Origin: Botryllus schlosseri
Taxonomy: Eukaryota
Reading direction: 5' to 3'
NCBI GenBank assembly: GCA_051294905.1
Contig: CM119371.1
Location: 11,844,001 to 11,908,000, forward strand
Length of the DNA stretch: 64,000 nucleotides
Positions 33,880 through 49,133 of this stretch are shown piece by piece. Below the pieces are notes generated by a model, which did not search any database, was not told the origin of the DNA, and was given only the letters and a program-made list of their open reading frames with translations. A program made the translations under genes and the position numbers. Within the stretch, counting starts at the first letter, position 1. Each line of letters begins with the position of its first letter.

Positions 33880-36486
33880 GAACTTCGTGGTATGTAATTC
33901 TGATTGCTACGTCTTACTTTGCCTTTTTAGTTTTGCTATTCATTCTGTTCAAATCCCGTTAGTGTGCTTTTGAAAAGAGGCACCCGAAAAGTCTTCGAGA
34001 TCAATAAATATTTTATTATGATGGATCATAAATGGATCAAAATCATCAAAACATGATTAGCACAAAAAATGTTAAGTTTCCAGTGAATAGTTCCTTGCAG
34101 CTCAGTGTGACTTGCGCTGTTCCCCGTCAGAGACCACTTTCAGGTTTCACCTTGGAATGTGCCTCGCAAAACCGTGATACGAATCTATTATTTGCAAACT
34201 GACCAAGAAATATCGACACCAGCATGTCTAAGTTCTAACCCCAAACTCTCTGCGTACTCCGCTGCACACGACGCAACACCACAACTGTCACTATTCGATA
34301 TCTGATCGCGCCTAATTGCCGGCAGCCAATAATCGCCAAAGCGTCAGTGTGGTCAGTAGGTTATGTGTCTCGACCTCGGCAACCCTGAGACTGGGTCAGC
34401 GAACCCCTAGGGCTCATTTGGACAGCGGTTAATAGTTACTGCCTAAATGTATGTCGGCGAGGCCTCCGATATTCTTTGTAAACCCACAATTATGATAATA
34501 CATATGCACTTCTCGAGCCCACCGTTTTATACGTTTGCATGTGTAGCGTCAACGAATACCTGACCACTCTCGAATCACCCAAAGTATTGATGAACATAAT
34601 ACGCCCTGTACGATTGATCCGAAGGTTATACAAGACAGTATTAAAGTCATAGTTTCTATTTCGTACTATGGTGGCAATATCCGCAACACTTGCAAATTGA
34701 GGACGCGACTTGTAGATCGAATATCCCATGAAAGTCGAAAATTTCGGCACTGTGACGTTCATCGCCCGGTAGGCCTGGCGTACCCGTACTCCTCTTCATG
34801 GGTGTGGTTCCCAACCAACGGTACATCATGTAATTTAGCGATCAGAGAAAGTCATAGTAGTCCACATTGCTACGCAAGGAAAAGTATAACTATCGCCATA
34901 AATTCCCATTCAATTACAAGTTCAAGTAGACATACTTCCTATATACGCCTAAACTGCTTCAACAGCGCAGGTGGACAATTGAAGGTCTGGCGGGTAGCAT
35001 ACTCAAGTGAATAATATCGAAGAAGTAGATTTGGTCGGGAATCGAATGCTTTTTCTGTAAATCGGTGACTACTTTCCAAATTCCAATATGTATATGCAAA
35101 ACTACTCTCTACTATTGGGTATCCAAATTGTAGATGGAGCAACCCGAAATGGTTGCGACGTGAATCCGTATAGTCGTTGACAAGTATGATTGCGCCACAG
35201 GTATTATCACGCATGATATGGATGACGCCGCCTGTCCAAAGAGGCGGCCGACAGCGCTTTTTTGACCCTTCCTATTTCTACTCAGAAATGACCAAGAGTG
35301 CTCATTAACGAAGCACTAATTTCTAAATTAATCTAGCAGTATTCACCTATAATTGCAATATAAAGGATATGCTTTTCAGCAAAACTACTTACCTTTTCGT
35401 ATTCAGCAAAGTAGAAAATCGTTTTGGGGTGGGTTTGCATCACTTTACCGGATGAAACAGTCATGGCAACCGAATGGAACAGCTTCTGCTGCATTGGAAT
35501 TGATTAATTTGGTCGAAATGCGTACCTGTTTCTAATGTTCTAAAAACGTTTGCCTTAGGGGCGAAAATGCATCGTTTATTGTCGAAAGCAACCATCTTGG
35601 ATCAGCTGCTAAAATTATGCGACGCCAGTATCAAATCCACTTTTTGAAGAAACTTACTTCTCACTTTGTTTCCACATCCACATTTATTACTACATCCATT
35701 TGCAATGTGCACGCATTCGGATAAGAAGTAACGGAGAAGGCAGTAAAGCACGAGTGATATTGTCATGCTAAGTTAGGCATGACATGACGTCATGCCTTAC
35801 TACTTTAGAGAGGGAAACATTGCCATATATACAATATTCCACGCAACACACTTGAATGCTTTCGAGACCTATTACTCCCTATTTGTGTTTGAATTAATAT
35901 AGGCATGTCATGAAAATCGACATTTCTACATGTAATTAAATAGAATGTACAATGTTACTTTCTCATCTACACGCGAGTGCTAACGATGGCTACCTTGATC
36001 ACTTCTGCAATTGGCCTATTTACAGTCCGCTTGGAGTGTAGTAGCTATTGCCCCATCAATCACAGCGCAAAGCAATCGATCGTTGTTCGTTCGCTTTTTG
36101 TCTATTCCAAGTATCACGAGACTGTTGTAAAATAGTAATGCTGAATAGATTCAACCCTGAAATGTCTAGCTAGCAGTCTACGCAGAATTTAGTTAACCTT
36201 CGGTTGAAGTTGTAAAAAAGCTTCGTCTGGCGTTGAATTCATGGATACAATGCCGCTAGAGGCATAATTAAGTTGAGAATGGAAAGGCTTGAAACTGGAT
36301 GAAGACGAGAACAATCTTCAAAACATTTTTGTTGTTATTTTAGAACGCATTCGAAGCTTCCAATTACCCTGGATGAAATACCGACTATACCGACGATAAC
36401 CTTCATTTCCGTAATGTAAATATTTTAAACATTATCAGATTAATTAGAGCAAGTTGTACAATAAAGACGAAGTGTGCCTTGTCAAA

Positions 36487-37598
36487 ATGAGCGTCAACGA
36501 AGAAAAGGAAAAACTATATTATATGGCTATCGCGATTCTTTCCGAAAGACGAAGCAAGGACCCCGTGAGACAGGTAAGCAGGCATGCAGAGAAACATTGC
36601 AAGTACCAGGGCAACGAATTAAAACGCTCGATTATATTATTAGTATCCCTATTCGCGACCCCCGTAATTCCCTTCATGTTTTTGCTGCCCACATTTGCTC
36701 CCTGTCTCGGACCACTCTAATTTAATGTGCAAATCGGCGGTTGCCAAACGGTTCACGCCGATTCTAGAAACACGTCCAGGGTGATTTTTCTGAACGACAA
36801 GCGGTCCTTCACCAATGAACACGAAATATCAAGTTTTTATGGTGTCAATGTAGCGGGTGTGAATTTTTTGCGGTTAACTCGGCTATGTTTGGTAGCGTTT
36901 TGTGACAACACAATCCTAATATCGCGAATAATATTCAACCAGTTCACATTCACATTCAACTCCCGAAAACGCTAGTCATAAAGTGAAATTACGGAAATAT
37001 GTAAGGTGTTATCTTTCACTGGTATCTCAATCCCCTTCATTTGAATCCCGAGCCATAAAGGCATCAGCAGCAACGAGGCGTTGGCAAGCTAGCAAAGATT
37101 GCGGCATCCGAGTACATGCACAGCGGCGCAATTGGAATTACAGCTAGGGAATGCAAATTCCTCATTCAAGAGTATTGTGATTCCAAATGGAAATCAGAGT
37201 TTTTCAGCAATATGGTGACCTCCATTTATTCAAGTTTGTTCCGAACCACGTGCTTCCATGCCCCGGCACTATCATCACCAAGATATAAGCCTACGCTATA
37301 CGTATTCGCTTGCAAACAGGACGTAGCGAAAGTTGTGGATACCAGAAACACTGGAACATTACGTCATTCCCTGCATCAAATATGAAGGCCCTCCACAATA
37401 TATACCGGACCAAATGAGAGACGCCATTCCTTTCCGGTTGGAAACATTACTTCTCACATCTTCTCACTGTGGTTACGTCATAGAATATTTTCTACTCAGT
37501 GGTCGATATTTTTAATAATATTTTACTTTTCTATTATTACTCTTATCATTGATCTGGTGCAAAAGACCATTAGAAGTCGAGCACCAAGATAAACCCAC

Positions 37599-37652
<54 letters not shown>

Positions 37653-40600
37653 GCAACAACAACAACAACAACAACCTAACCTATGGTCGATGAAGCCTTC
37701 GGATCACACTTACCTTTTCGGGTAATTTCTTCACTATCCTTCATGAATCCTATGCATAAACGGCGTTACGCGATTTACACGCAAGCCCAAATAGCTACGA
37801 AACAGTGTTTGGAAAAATCAGGGTGCAGTTATAGATCGAACTTTTCCTAGCGTTAGACATTCAATTTTCTTAATATTATCAGTGTGCATGAGTTTTTGAT
37901 GCTCTTTCGGTGCACTCGATCGGATGAACAGGTGGAACTAATGTCCATCAAATTTCAGGGCAAATAATTATACATCCTAAATCAGAGGTCTCAAACACGC
38001 GGCCCGCCAGAGCCTTTTGTGCGGCCCGCGACGGCATTTTGAAATTTCAAGTTATCAACAATATATTTAAGTGCCATACATCTTTTTTAGATATAAGAAC
38101 TTAAAGTTCACGCAAAAACTACTATAAAAATCACCGAAATCCCAACAAACATCACTATCACATCACTTTTAAAAGCTACCATGCGGTAGAAAATCAGCTA
38201 TTACGTCACATTTCTAGTTCATGATGATAAAACATGACCCGTTGATGATTCGCGACTGAAAATTGTGATTTGGTTTGGTGCGACCTTCTCGTAAAATTTC
38301 TTGAATTCGGATCAGTCTGGTAAAACGCTGAAATCGGAGAAGGACTTGCGACTCGGAATGGTGACTTGGTAATCCTACGGACGCATCAATCTATGCAACT
38401 TTCATGGGGAATAATAATATATCAAAAGGTCGTAGCTCGCGTTGCGTAGGATATATAGATATTTAATCTGGTACCTATGGCAACCATGGGTATTCTCAAA
38501 CCCCCGTGACGTATATAGTTGGTTAAATGATGCATGTTGTTTTTCTCTTCATCCATGTTATTATCGGTGACGAGTAAGGTGGTAGTACGCTCTACAGCGG
38601 TAACACCAACGAATTCTTCGTCGATTAAACATTTCTATTCGAGTGGTTCTTAACCAGGGTCCGTAGACCCCACCGGGGTACGAAGCACCACGTCAGGGAG
38701 TAGGAGATGCTTTGTAGAATTTGTATACCGATATGCCGTGGAATATTTTCTTGGCCAATTTATTCAACTAGAAAATAGTCTTCGCGCTGCGCGCGATTTT
38801 GTGAATGGGCTCTCTGATTTAGATAGGTACCATCCGAAATTGTGCATGAGCTACGAGAAATCTGATTGGAAGCACAAGGGGTACAATCACTAAAAAGTTG
38901 ATGAATCATTGCTATTATTATGGCTTAATAATGAGTGTAGTAAGGTTGTTATTGATATATCGAAGGCAAAATCTTACGCTTATTCAATTTGTGTTTGGCA
39001 ATGACAGTAACAATAGCCTATACTTACCATGACGATATCAAAACCATAGGATTAGGTTACACCGCTCAAAAGCTCTGATATCAGATCAATCATCAGTAGA
39101 TTTTAAAATAGACTACATAAAGTTGTTGCTCGTCATAGGTCCACTAGTTGCAATATTGTAACCCGACAATTTTACGATGTCATGATGCATCCTCTCACAT
39201 GATGTCTATACCTCGTTAATTAAAAAAAATCTGCCCGGCACAAAAACAATTTTATTCAAATATTTGAAAATGTGATTTTTTCCGTGTCAAGCGTTAATAG
39301 TACAACAGTAAATTACATTTCCACGATGTTTGTGGAAGGCCTGTCTGCAAGGTCCCGTCAAATAAGGCCATTAAATATCCCTATCATTGATGCTGCGGCC
39401 CGCGGCGTCATCAAAACTAGGAAATTGGCCCGCGAGCACATTTGAGTTTGAGACCTCTGCTCTAAAGGTTTCGTTTAGTTTTAGATTTGTAGGGTGTATG
39501 CTTTTTCCGCTTCTTTCCCTGCTATTCAATCGATCACGAACATGCATATATTTTTATGTTTTTTTTTATGTTTGCATCCTACGCTGTCAGTTCTGGCAGA
39601 TCTGTCAAATTTGTTACTTTCGCGGTAGGCCTACCCGGACGATCAAACTAGCGATACCGCTGAAAATTACATTTTTCCGGTACACAGCAAGAAAATAATG
39701 TAATGCGTGAATAGTGTTCTCCAAAAAATCCAAACAACATAGCGATAATCCCTCCCTCCCCTCCCCTCCCTCCCCTAAAACAAGTCAGATAACACACCCC
39801 GAACGCACTAGGTCTGTAAATTTGATCCAAGTCATTTCAGAAAAACTCACTTTTGGCGACTTTACCAAAATCAATAGCCTGAAAAACGAGACCCAGTGTA
39901 AATATTACTATTGTCGGCGGTCTTGCATTGGCGTAAGTGAAATAGTAAAGTACATCAAATTTAAACGACAGAATTAATAAAGCGATATATTTACATATTG
40001 TTTGGGAACCGTCGTGCTTGGCTAGGGTCGTTGAACTTCTAGCGCGCGCGCAAGACCTTGTGGCATAGATAACACTAAGATACAGCTAATTTATGGTATA
40101 GTTCTTTGTTATGCAAATCAGATATAATAGAACAATACATAAAATAGTTTAAATGATGTCATTACCAAAGGGGTTCCCAAATTTTTGTGGTCACGATCCC
40201 TGATTTCGATTTGAAAATACTCCACGACCCCACCTCTAATTTGGCGTGCTGATTACTAAAAAAATGGTCGGCATCTGCTCCAAAACCTACTCACGGTCTA
40301 TGGGGGAAGCTGTGGACGATGTTAGTCGTAAGAGCAATTATTCAATTATGAACTCGTCTACCTCCGTCTTTTTTGTTGATTATTTATTGATTGGTGATTA
40401 TAACGCAAGTGGTTTATTTGTTCGTCATAGCCAAAAATCCATTTAACATCTAGGGTGTGCAGGTGTGTATGTATTATATTGTTAACACATGGAACCACCA
40501 GTCATTTGTAGTTTTCCTAGAATGAAATATGAACGTCCTATCGATTTCTATGCTCTCGACACTTTAATCTTCATAGTGATGGCCAGACACAAACCATACT

Positions 40601-43600
40601 TTATAGTAGTTGCAAAAGTTGCAAAAACTTACCCTACTTATGTTACTCACCTCCTCTTTTACACGTCCTCTATCTAAAAGTTGGCTGCCCTGAATAATAT
40701 CAAATTTTACCAAAATGCCCAAAGAGCATCAGTAAACCTCCCTAATGACCTTTGAGTCAACGCCGTGAAATACCTAAATTGACCGTAAATTAAAAAAAAA
40801 ACATTGACATCGCTGGTCGGTTAATTTCTCACGTGGAAAATGTCAGATACCTCAGGGTTGTACTGGAATCCAACATGTTCAGAACGAACAGGGACGGGCA
40901 TTTTCTCCAGTTGGCGGGCCGGATATGGGAAAATGATGTACTTAGCGGTTCGGATTGCAATGACCACGTATTTATCAACTTATACAAGGAATAAATTGTA
41001 TTTAATGTAAACTTCAAGCGTAAAGTATAGAGACCAAAACAGTAGTCAATGAATTTATAGACGTAATTTACTTCAATAGCTGTTGAATTCAATGAGACAT
41101 ATGTGGTCGATCAAAGTACTTTGAACTCCGGCTGCGTGTTGGGCGTACAAACTAGGGATGGTGCGGGCGTGAGATGCACGTTCGCGTTCGCCTGAACCTC
41201 GGACATTTGGAGGTTCACGTTCGCTCACAAACCTTGGTAGGTTCTGCACTGTAAACTTTTTTCATCTGTTACAATTTTTCCCGTAATTATAACATTCTTG
41301 GTTACCAGTTTTACTGTGAATAAAGAATATACCAATAAATACCTCAAAAGGGAATGTGAGAAAATGTGGCGATGTCAAATAAACATGGGACAATCTCATG
41401 GGACATCAAAAAAATGCCAGGAAACGTTCGATATGATCCAGAAGATCACTTTATTGAGCACTTGGCATATTCTTCGGAAGACCTTGAATGCACCACTGGA
41501 CTAATTTACACCTGTACTCGAGAATGACAGCCTAATTTTTGTAATGTCGATTCTTCATTTTCAGGTATCTTTACCTCTGCAGCCTGCAGCCATTGAAAAT
41601 TTTTCATTCATCGCAATTCTGCAATTTGACATCTTCATGTATTGTACAGGAATAACAATTCGACTTGATTACTAAAATTTTAAAATTTTACTTCAATCTC
41701 ACCATTTTCCGTAGATGCCGCCCGAACTATATGTGTATTCACAAGTTTTAATGTGAATAAAGAATATGATAATAATAATAACTCTTCTACCCATGCTAAT
41801 TCTTCATCTACCACAATTCTGTAATCTGACTTCTTCATGTATTGCATAGGAATAACAATTCGACTTGATCACTGAAATCCTAAAAGTTTACTTCAATCTC
41901 CCATTTTGCTCAGGAAACCAATTGCTTCCCCGATTATTTTTGTATTTTACAAGTTTTACTGTGAATAAATACTATAATACATATAAATCTCGGAATCAAA
42001 AGCGCCTAAATACAATACACGAGTGTCCTCAATCCTCATATGGTCGACTTGCAAGATGATTGTTCTATCAAGTATACCAGAACTGCGAACGATATGTCGA
42101 CGACAATCCGACAGTTGACGAGCATATGTCTGCTGAATAAATATTAATCAGAGCTTGAGATGATGTGACCACGATTTGATATATCGACCTCGTCATCCAT
42201 CACATGCCACCTCATTCTGTCGTTTGTGCCATAATGCTATCTTCTATTACTTTTCATCCAGTGTGCATACTTCCTTTTTACTACACTAAGAACGAGGTGG
42301 GTGTCTGATTTCAAAGACTACTCCAAGTCGTTTCTCATTTGAAGGGTCTTCTATTTATGAATGCAAAGAAACGACTGAATGAAAAAACGACGTGTCTGTT
42401 GTGACAGAACAACCAGTAGAATAACGGTCGTTGTTACTTTTTCCACTCTTGCCCTGCAAGGAGATGCTACTGATTAGTGGGCATTGTCTATGGTAAGGCT
42501 GTGTCAATAGGCGCCTTTACGCAGACTTGTCATGTCTTTAGATTCTCAATAATTCGTTCGATAAGTTTCATATAATTTATGGGCTCCGACTTCAGGTTGG
42601 GGCGTGCATTGTTAATGAAAAGGAAAGAAGAATAATTGGCGTCGGCTACAACGGGATGCCGATAGGATGCCGTGATAACTTGATGCAATGGAGTGACAGA
42701 AGTGAAACAAATGAGAAAATGAAGCATTTGTATGGTAAGGAAAATGTTAGAAAGGTTTCATTACTGGTCCCAATCGAACACCAGCAACATGTCGCATGTG
42801 TAGCACGTCAGCGGATCCGGTCATTATAATGAACATTATTCGCTTAGCTCAGTGTTTCTTAAACTTTTTCGCATCGCGGACCACCAATTTGTTTTGACTA
42901 CACGGCGTACCACCTGAACTACTCATGTTAATGGAATCTACCGGTGTTTCTTAGTTATTCCTGTTAGTACTATACCGCTGCACCAATGGATAGCAAGAAA
43001 ACACCATTTAATGAGATGTTTGCGACTGTCTCTTATGCAGAAGGTCCTCGCCAATCAGAGGTGTGACATTACTCATGGAACTCTTCACGTATCACCTAAA
43101 AAGCTCTCGCGTGTCTCTAGTGGTACACGTACCACAGCTTGAGAACCACTGGCCTAGCTCAAATAGAGAGAACATAAAATCGCACAATCGCGGACTCCTC
43201 GCATCATTTCGCTCTTGCATCATTCGTGATGACATGTGATTCAGAATTTTTCCCATTAACTTGGACCATCCAAAATGCCAGTGTAATATGGTCCTCGTGG
43301 ATCCTAGGGAATTTACGCTGTCTCAGCCCCCAGCAGCTTGTCCATGTTTCACTGCGTGCATAATGCCGACTCAAATTATATTTCTTATCCTTGAATACAA
43401 TCTGCTGACTGCTGTACAGTCGAACAATTAGGGATAAAGCCTTGGATTACCTAGTTCGCATTGCCATCCATATCTAAACATCATCAACACGAGAAAAAAC
43501 ATCTCTTATCCGTTCATTATCATGAGCGGAGCCGCAGAGAATCCACAAAGGAATGAACTACCGGGAGCATAATATTTACTTTGTTGAATACCAAGTAAAT

Positions 43601-46600
43601 ATCTGCATTGTTGATGCTAAATCTGATCGACTTTTTTTCATCTCCCATCAGATATGGATACGCTGAATATACTAGACCACTAGTTAGGAAAACTATTATT
43701 CGAATCACATTTCAAAGACATGCAGATATTGCTTGATACATGTACTTACGTGATACTTACTTGACCCTTTCATATCATTTCATATCAATATAAATCAGTG
43801 GTTCTTCGACTTTTTACACTGCGACCCAAATGCGAGTTTATTCCGTGCCCCAAACCTCACGCATCGACATAAATGCGATTTTAATGTCCCTATGCTACGT
43901 ATTTACGGCGTTAAGCGGTACTAGAGATCTACTCTTTTTCAATTGCGAATAAAGTTGATTCATTTCTATAAATTATACGTATTCAAAACCAATATCGGAT
44001 GCGGTCGTTACGTCCACGCTCTATACCTCCATTTACCCTGCCCGAGTAGGCCTATTACCCGCGCAAGTTAGACCTTTCCTGGGAAACCAATGTCAGACAA
44101 TTCTTATCATGACATCAATTCAATTTGTGTAATACAAACGTCGACAAATTCCATGACCACTTCACTGTAGTAGTGACTTTTCTGCGTGTATCGTGTGTTG
44201 GCTATAGTACTCAACACAGTGACCTTACATATGTACCATTCAAGCACAGGATATCGCGCGAAGAGCGAAGAAATTTTGTTGTTGCAAGAAATGTAGCAAT
44301 CGCTTTGGGCGGTCGCGACCCACATTTATACCCTTCGCGGCCTATCTTTGGTTTTCGCCCCATACGTTAGGAACTTATGATTTAATTGATAGGACAGCAA
44401 TAAAATGTTTGAATTGGGCACATGCTATTTTTAGATGATGAGTGACATCACAGATTGTGCACGAAACAATTTCATAATACCACTCTTTTATGCGTTCTGT
44501 ACGGCTAAATCCATCACGTATATTACCCCTAGTTACACATGCTGAGATGAACGCAGTTGTGAATATGACTCCAAAATCTGTTGAGGGATGTTCCGTCTAT
44601 GTCACGTTGCACCCGTGCTATGAATGCGCAAAGATATTGCATCAGAGTGGTACGTATACTTCAACTATTCATTGATTTATTGATTCTTGAGACGGATAAG
44701 GTTATGCGGGGGTTGTGAGTGTATAGGCTACTTGACGATAAAAAATTATCTTTTCTTTCAAATGGGTCTCTTTCGTTGGCGTCAAGGATATGTAGGGCAA
44801 ATATAGTTTTGCTTTCTACATTTCATAGTCAATGAATATCCTTTTGATGTTACTGGTATTGGCCATTTCATTACGAACCTGTAACCCAGGTGCGTCAAAC
44901 TGAACTTGGTCCACCGGCCGGAGCAGCCAAATATTGACCAATCTTACCTCTAAATAGGCCTACATACCTTCATTTTTTAAAGGAATAGAAATTCTTTACT
45001 ATCAAGCATATAATAGCAGGCTATGCATTATATTACAGACCATATGGTAAGCCTTTATTTTCTCCATGTTTTTCCGTAGCTGCTGACTCGTAGCACGGCC
45101 TAGTTCTAGACTTTTATAAGACACCGCCTACACAGATGAGATGGTGAGGAGGAGCCTATAGATAAACCTCAAACACTTGGATAGGAATTTTGGAGTCGAC
45201 CTCGGTCTGACTCGGACCCTCAACCCATTGGTGTCGCAGCGGTGGATTATACTCCAGCGCCACGCACACATGATAGGTATATTGACCAAAGTTATGCATG
45301 TTGTTTGTGATGTTTTTTATGTAGCTGGACAAATCAAATAGGACGGCAGTTAAGAACATGCCGAAACTTTGAATCTGTAGGAATTAACCACGTCGAGAAC
45401 GTAAAGGAAAATTGAATCAAATAAATGAATTAGGAATTGACATGGGTGGCAATCGTTCAATACGTTGGAAAGGTTTGGAATGCATCGTGGAGTTTTTGAT
45501 GACTTAAAAATTGACTTGATTCATGAGTCAACCCCATAACTTACTGATCAAGATGCTGCTGGGCGCGCCCCCATTACGTTATCTTGTCTTGTCTTATCTT
45601 GTCTATTTTAATAATTCGCCTCTCTGTTTTCGTTTTCTTAACATCATGTTATGTAATCACAGCCTATCATTATGACGATTTTGTTTTACCTAAAAACGGC
45701 AGATTTTAACCACATTAGATGTTTTCACACATAATGTTAAAATTGTACTACTCATCTTCATTTCTGGTTGGACCTGTCTGTCCTTATGAAGTAATTTGGC
45801 CTGAAAAAACGTTTTTTACTTGAAAACGGACAAATGTTTACATGAAACAACTTGTATTTCAACGGAATCTGGACCTATGAAGAATTCCAGTAGTTACATC
45901 ATGCATTATGGTAGAAATAATTAGTATTTGTTGTGGTACAACAAAAGATGCATTCTCGGCTGGAAGTGTCTATTCTTTTCAAGTAGCTTGCCAAGCACGT
46001 AGAAAGAACGTTCAACAGCAAGAGGTATTGACTGGCAACACTGAAGTTTTGCGTACACTTCTGGTGACACACCGTATCGCTTCTTTCTGACAATGCTGTC
46101 TAAATCATAATTTTCATCCTGCGCTTCTTGATATAAGAATCAATTCCGAGGCAGTCTTGCCGCAGTTGGGATCTTACGGTACGTTGAGCATAACACCATG
46201 TCAACCTACATGTTTACTTGCTACCGATATTACACCATTATCAAGTTATACAGCAGTAGCCAACATCCTAATCGCACGGATTTAGTTTTTACGATACAAT
46301 AAACATATGAAATCAAGATTGACCCCGTGCGCGTGCTAGATTTTTTTACATCAGACAACGATATCAATTTCTTTGATTGGTTGAATAAGCATCATTCGAT
46401 GACTAAACCTACATGTAATATATTTCCCTTTGATGTTGTGTGATTGCGGTTCAAGCTCACAGCAGAGAGTCACTAAATATTCGCAAACGGAAAGCTTGGA
46501 TATTTCGAGTAAAACTTATGTAAGAAAGCAAGTAAAATTTTTGAGATTGGCATGGTGCATGCCCTTTTGCTATTCATTTTTTTAATGCTACCAGCGCTAT

Positions 46601-47423
46601 GAAGAGAGTGGTGCGAAGTTCTAATGTAAAGAATCTCATCCACAGATGTTAAAATGACGTGAAGATGGTAATCTATGAAAAAGGTTCACAGTGCAGAATC
46701 TTACAAGGTTCGTTTGTGAACGTGAACCTCTAAATTTATGAGGTCCACACACACAACGCGAACGACGAACGTGAACCTAACGTTCACACCATCCCTGGTA
46801 GGCTATTTACCAAATTGCGCTGGTCGGAGCACCTATCTATAGTTTTGTAAACAGTGAACCTGGAATGTAGTGAGTGTATAAGGACGATGAACCCAAGGTT
46901 CGCGTCGCCGTCTCTTCACAGCAGTCACGAACAATAATGCTTGGTTACTATTGACTTATGTAATCAGTAAGAAAATAAGTCGCCATATTTACGTTCAGAA
47001 CTGGCAGTGAACCAGTATGCATGATATTTATTGTATCGGAGATATTTTGTTTATCGGCACATGGTAATTACTTAATTAAGTTTCAATACCTTCCTCTATA
47101 ACTTAGCAGTATCATATTCAACCTGAAGTGATCGCTAGCAAACACTCATACATACCCTACATCCGATACGAAATCTAAAACATGCATTATACACAGGTAT
47201 AAGAAAAGTATTATACCTTTCGTACGATACGTGCTACCGGAGGAAAAAGGAGTTCCTTCACTCCAGGGAATTATTGAGCGAATTGAAAGATGATGGGCAG
47301 ATCGGATACGACCAACTATCTTGCAGTGGACCAGCGGTATCGCCCAATTGCACGTGTCAGATATGTGTTTTTGAAGTACTAAAATTTATCAATAATTTCA
47401 GCCTACTAAGTGCAAAATGCTGA
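36487..47423 (+). CDS. DCTD: dCMP deaminase-like unit 1 (catalytically intact)
   Basis: Exons 36487-36573 (YMAIAILSERRSKDPVRQ), 42596-42734 (VGACIVN...GVGYNGMPIGC...KHLY), 44533-44649 (VTHAEMNA...LHPCYECAKILHQS), 47197-47336 or 47423 (GIRKVLYL...). GT-AG introns in phases 0,1,1. The 3' end is uncertain: stop at 47421-47423 or a donor at 47337. Confidence 0.88.
36990..37675 (+). mobile_element. 5'-truncated I-group non-LTR retrotransposon in deaminase intron 1
   Basis: Degenerate RNase H end (FI*IPSHKGISSNEA..KLAK at about 37036-37097) and a 3' end finishing in a (CAA)n tail. Confidence 0.65.
37600..37675 (+). repeat. (CAA)n microsatellite, about 25 units, probable LINE tail
   Basis: Direct observation; one CAG interruption. 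Confidence 0.95.
37983..39459. mobile_element. Charlie/Buster-like hAT MITE with internal insertion
   Basis: CAGAGGTCTCAAAC / GTTTGAGACCTCTG TIRs; degenerate TSD tcctaaat/ctctaaag. Confidence 0.8.
42850..43151. mobile_element. hAT MITE
   Basis: CAGTGTTTCTTAAAC / GCTTGAGAACCACTG; TSD gcttagct/gcctagct. Confidence 0.85.
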
Positions 47424-48163
47424 AGCTTGTCTTTGATGGATCATTGGGGGATGCACATGAACACGCAAAATGGTTGCCGAACAGCAGGGAATATCAGTTA
47501 GGGTAGGTAGGAGATAAGATTGATAATATGAACTGTAAAGCTTACTTAAGATTTCACTGGCTGGATACATTATATCAGTGGTTCCCAATCTTTTTGGATG
47601 TCGGAGCCGCATTTCAGACTTCATAGCACGTATGCAGCCGCATGAAAACACTTTAATAGGCTATATTTATAACTAAAATTGAAATGTAGCTAGCCCCTAT
47701 CTGGATCTCACCTGCCAGCTAATTCTGAAGCATGCACATATACTTCTATAGATTCTATGTCGGTTATTTTAGCACTGATAGACGCATATTGGCGAGTTCT
47801 ACGCATTAAAATAAACTGAAAATGCATAGCATTACTACAACATACTATTATGCCTTTATGTGATAGCTCTTCATACATTCCAGCTCTTAATGCACAAATT
47901 TACGGTAGACTATATGAGCCGTTATTTTGATGTTAGTAAAATTGTGTCGAAATTTGCTCTTCACAGATACAATATATAAAGGTCCTTGACCAGCAGAACT
48001 CTAGATATATCCTTGACTGACGAGTATTCAGTATTCAACCAAACGCTTGACGCTAGTCTGACAGAATTCTCTTTCTCGGTTTTCAGAAGCGGTCTTGGAC
48101 GGCTCTAGACATAAATAATATCCCACATTTTAGCATTCATATACATAAATTGACTATAACTAT

Positions 48164-49133
48164 TAGGGATGGTGTGAACCTCTGAAAGGTTCAGGTTCGT
48201 GTGAACGCGAACCTTTTTGAAAGGTTCTGTGTGAACGCGAACGTAAACCTCATGACGTCATGTGGCGCCAGATTGCTAATTTCAACCCTATATTTCAATG
48301 AAGTGATAGCCTATATTAATGTACACGATACCTAGCGACGACTCGGGCCACATAATGCCACAATGCTGAAGTACATATTGACGTTTTAAAAGTCGCTAAA
48401 TGTATCAACTGTGGCAATCAAATGATATATTAATCCCATAAAATCAATATCTTCCGTCGCATTGCCAACAATTTCGACGAGGACTTGACAGCGAATATAA
48501 GCTTATTAACGGTCTAGGCCAGACCGGACAATGTATTCGGCGTCTGAGTGTTGCTATACATGGATAATGAGCAGAGTGTACAACGGGTTTCTATACTTGC
48601 TACCGATATTACCCCATTAATAAGTTATACAGCAGTAGCAAACACCCCAATAGATCGGATTTTGTTTTTATGATACATTAAGATTGACCCTGTACGCCTG
48701 CTAGATTTTTACATCAGAAAACGTTATAAATCTCACTGATTGGTTGAATAAGCATCATTCGCTGACTACATGTAGTGTATTTCGCTCTTGATGTTGTGTG
48801 ATTGCGGGTCAAGCTCACAGCAGAGAGTCATTAAATATTCCGAAACGGAAAGCTGGATATTTCGAGCAAACTTTTCTAACAAATCAAGTAACATTTTTGA
48901 GATTGTCAAGGTGCATGCTCGTTTAGTGTTGATTGTTTATGCTGCCAGCGCCATGCCGCAGTTGAAATGCAATAAATTTGAACCGAAGATGTTATAATGA
49001 AGTGGAAATTGTAATGTAAGAAAAAGGTTCACACTGCAGAACCTACCTAGATTCTGTTGTGAACGCGAACCTCAAAATTTCCGAGGTTCACACACAGAAC
49101 GCGAACGTGAACCGCACGTTCACACCATCCCTG
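48164..49133 (+). mobile_element. GTGAAC-rich hAT MITE nested in an older MITE (47576-49261)
   Basis: TAGGGATGGTGTGAAC / GTTCACACCATCCCTG TIRs; fragments of the same family at about 2730-3164, 10610-10880, 11770-12366, 41153-41270 and 46190-46797. Confidence 0.85.

Noticed and set aside
34490..35214. Minus-strand ORFs with a faint degenerate C2H2-like pattern (KAFDSRPNL...TFNCP...KQFRR)
   Set aside because: Zinc ligands are missing and the frames are broken; probably an old TE relic that I cannot classify.
47967..48020. Candidate terminal exon IQYIKVLDQQNSRYILD* for deaminase unit 1
   Set aside because: It has a good acceptor and compatible phase, but lies inside the MITE span 47576-49261 and has no clear poly(A) signal. 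Unsupported without transcripts.
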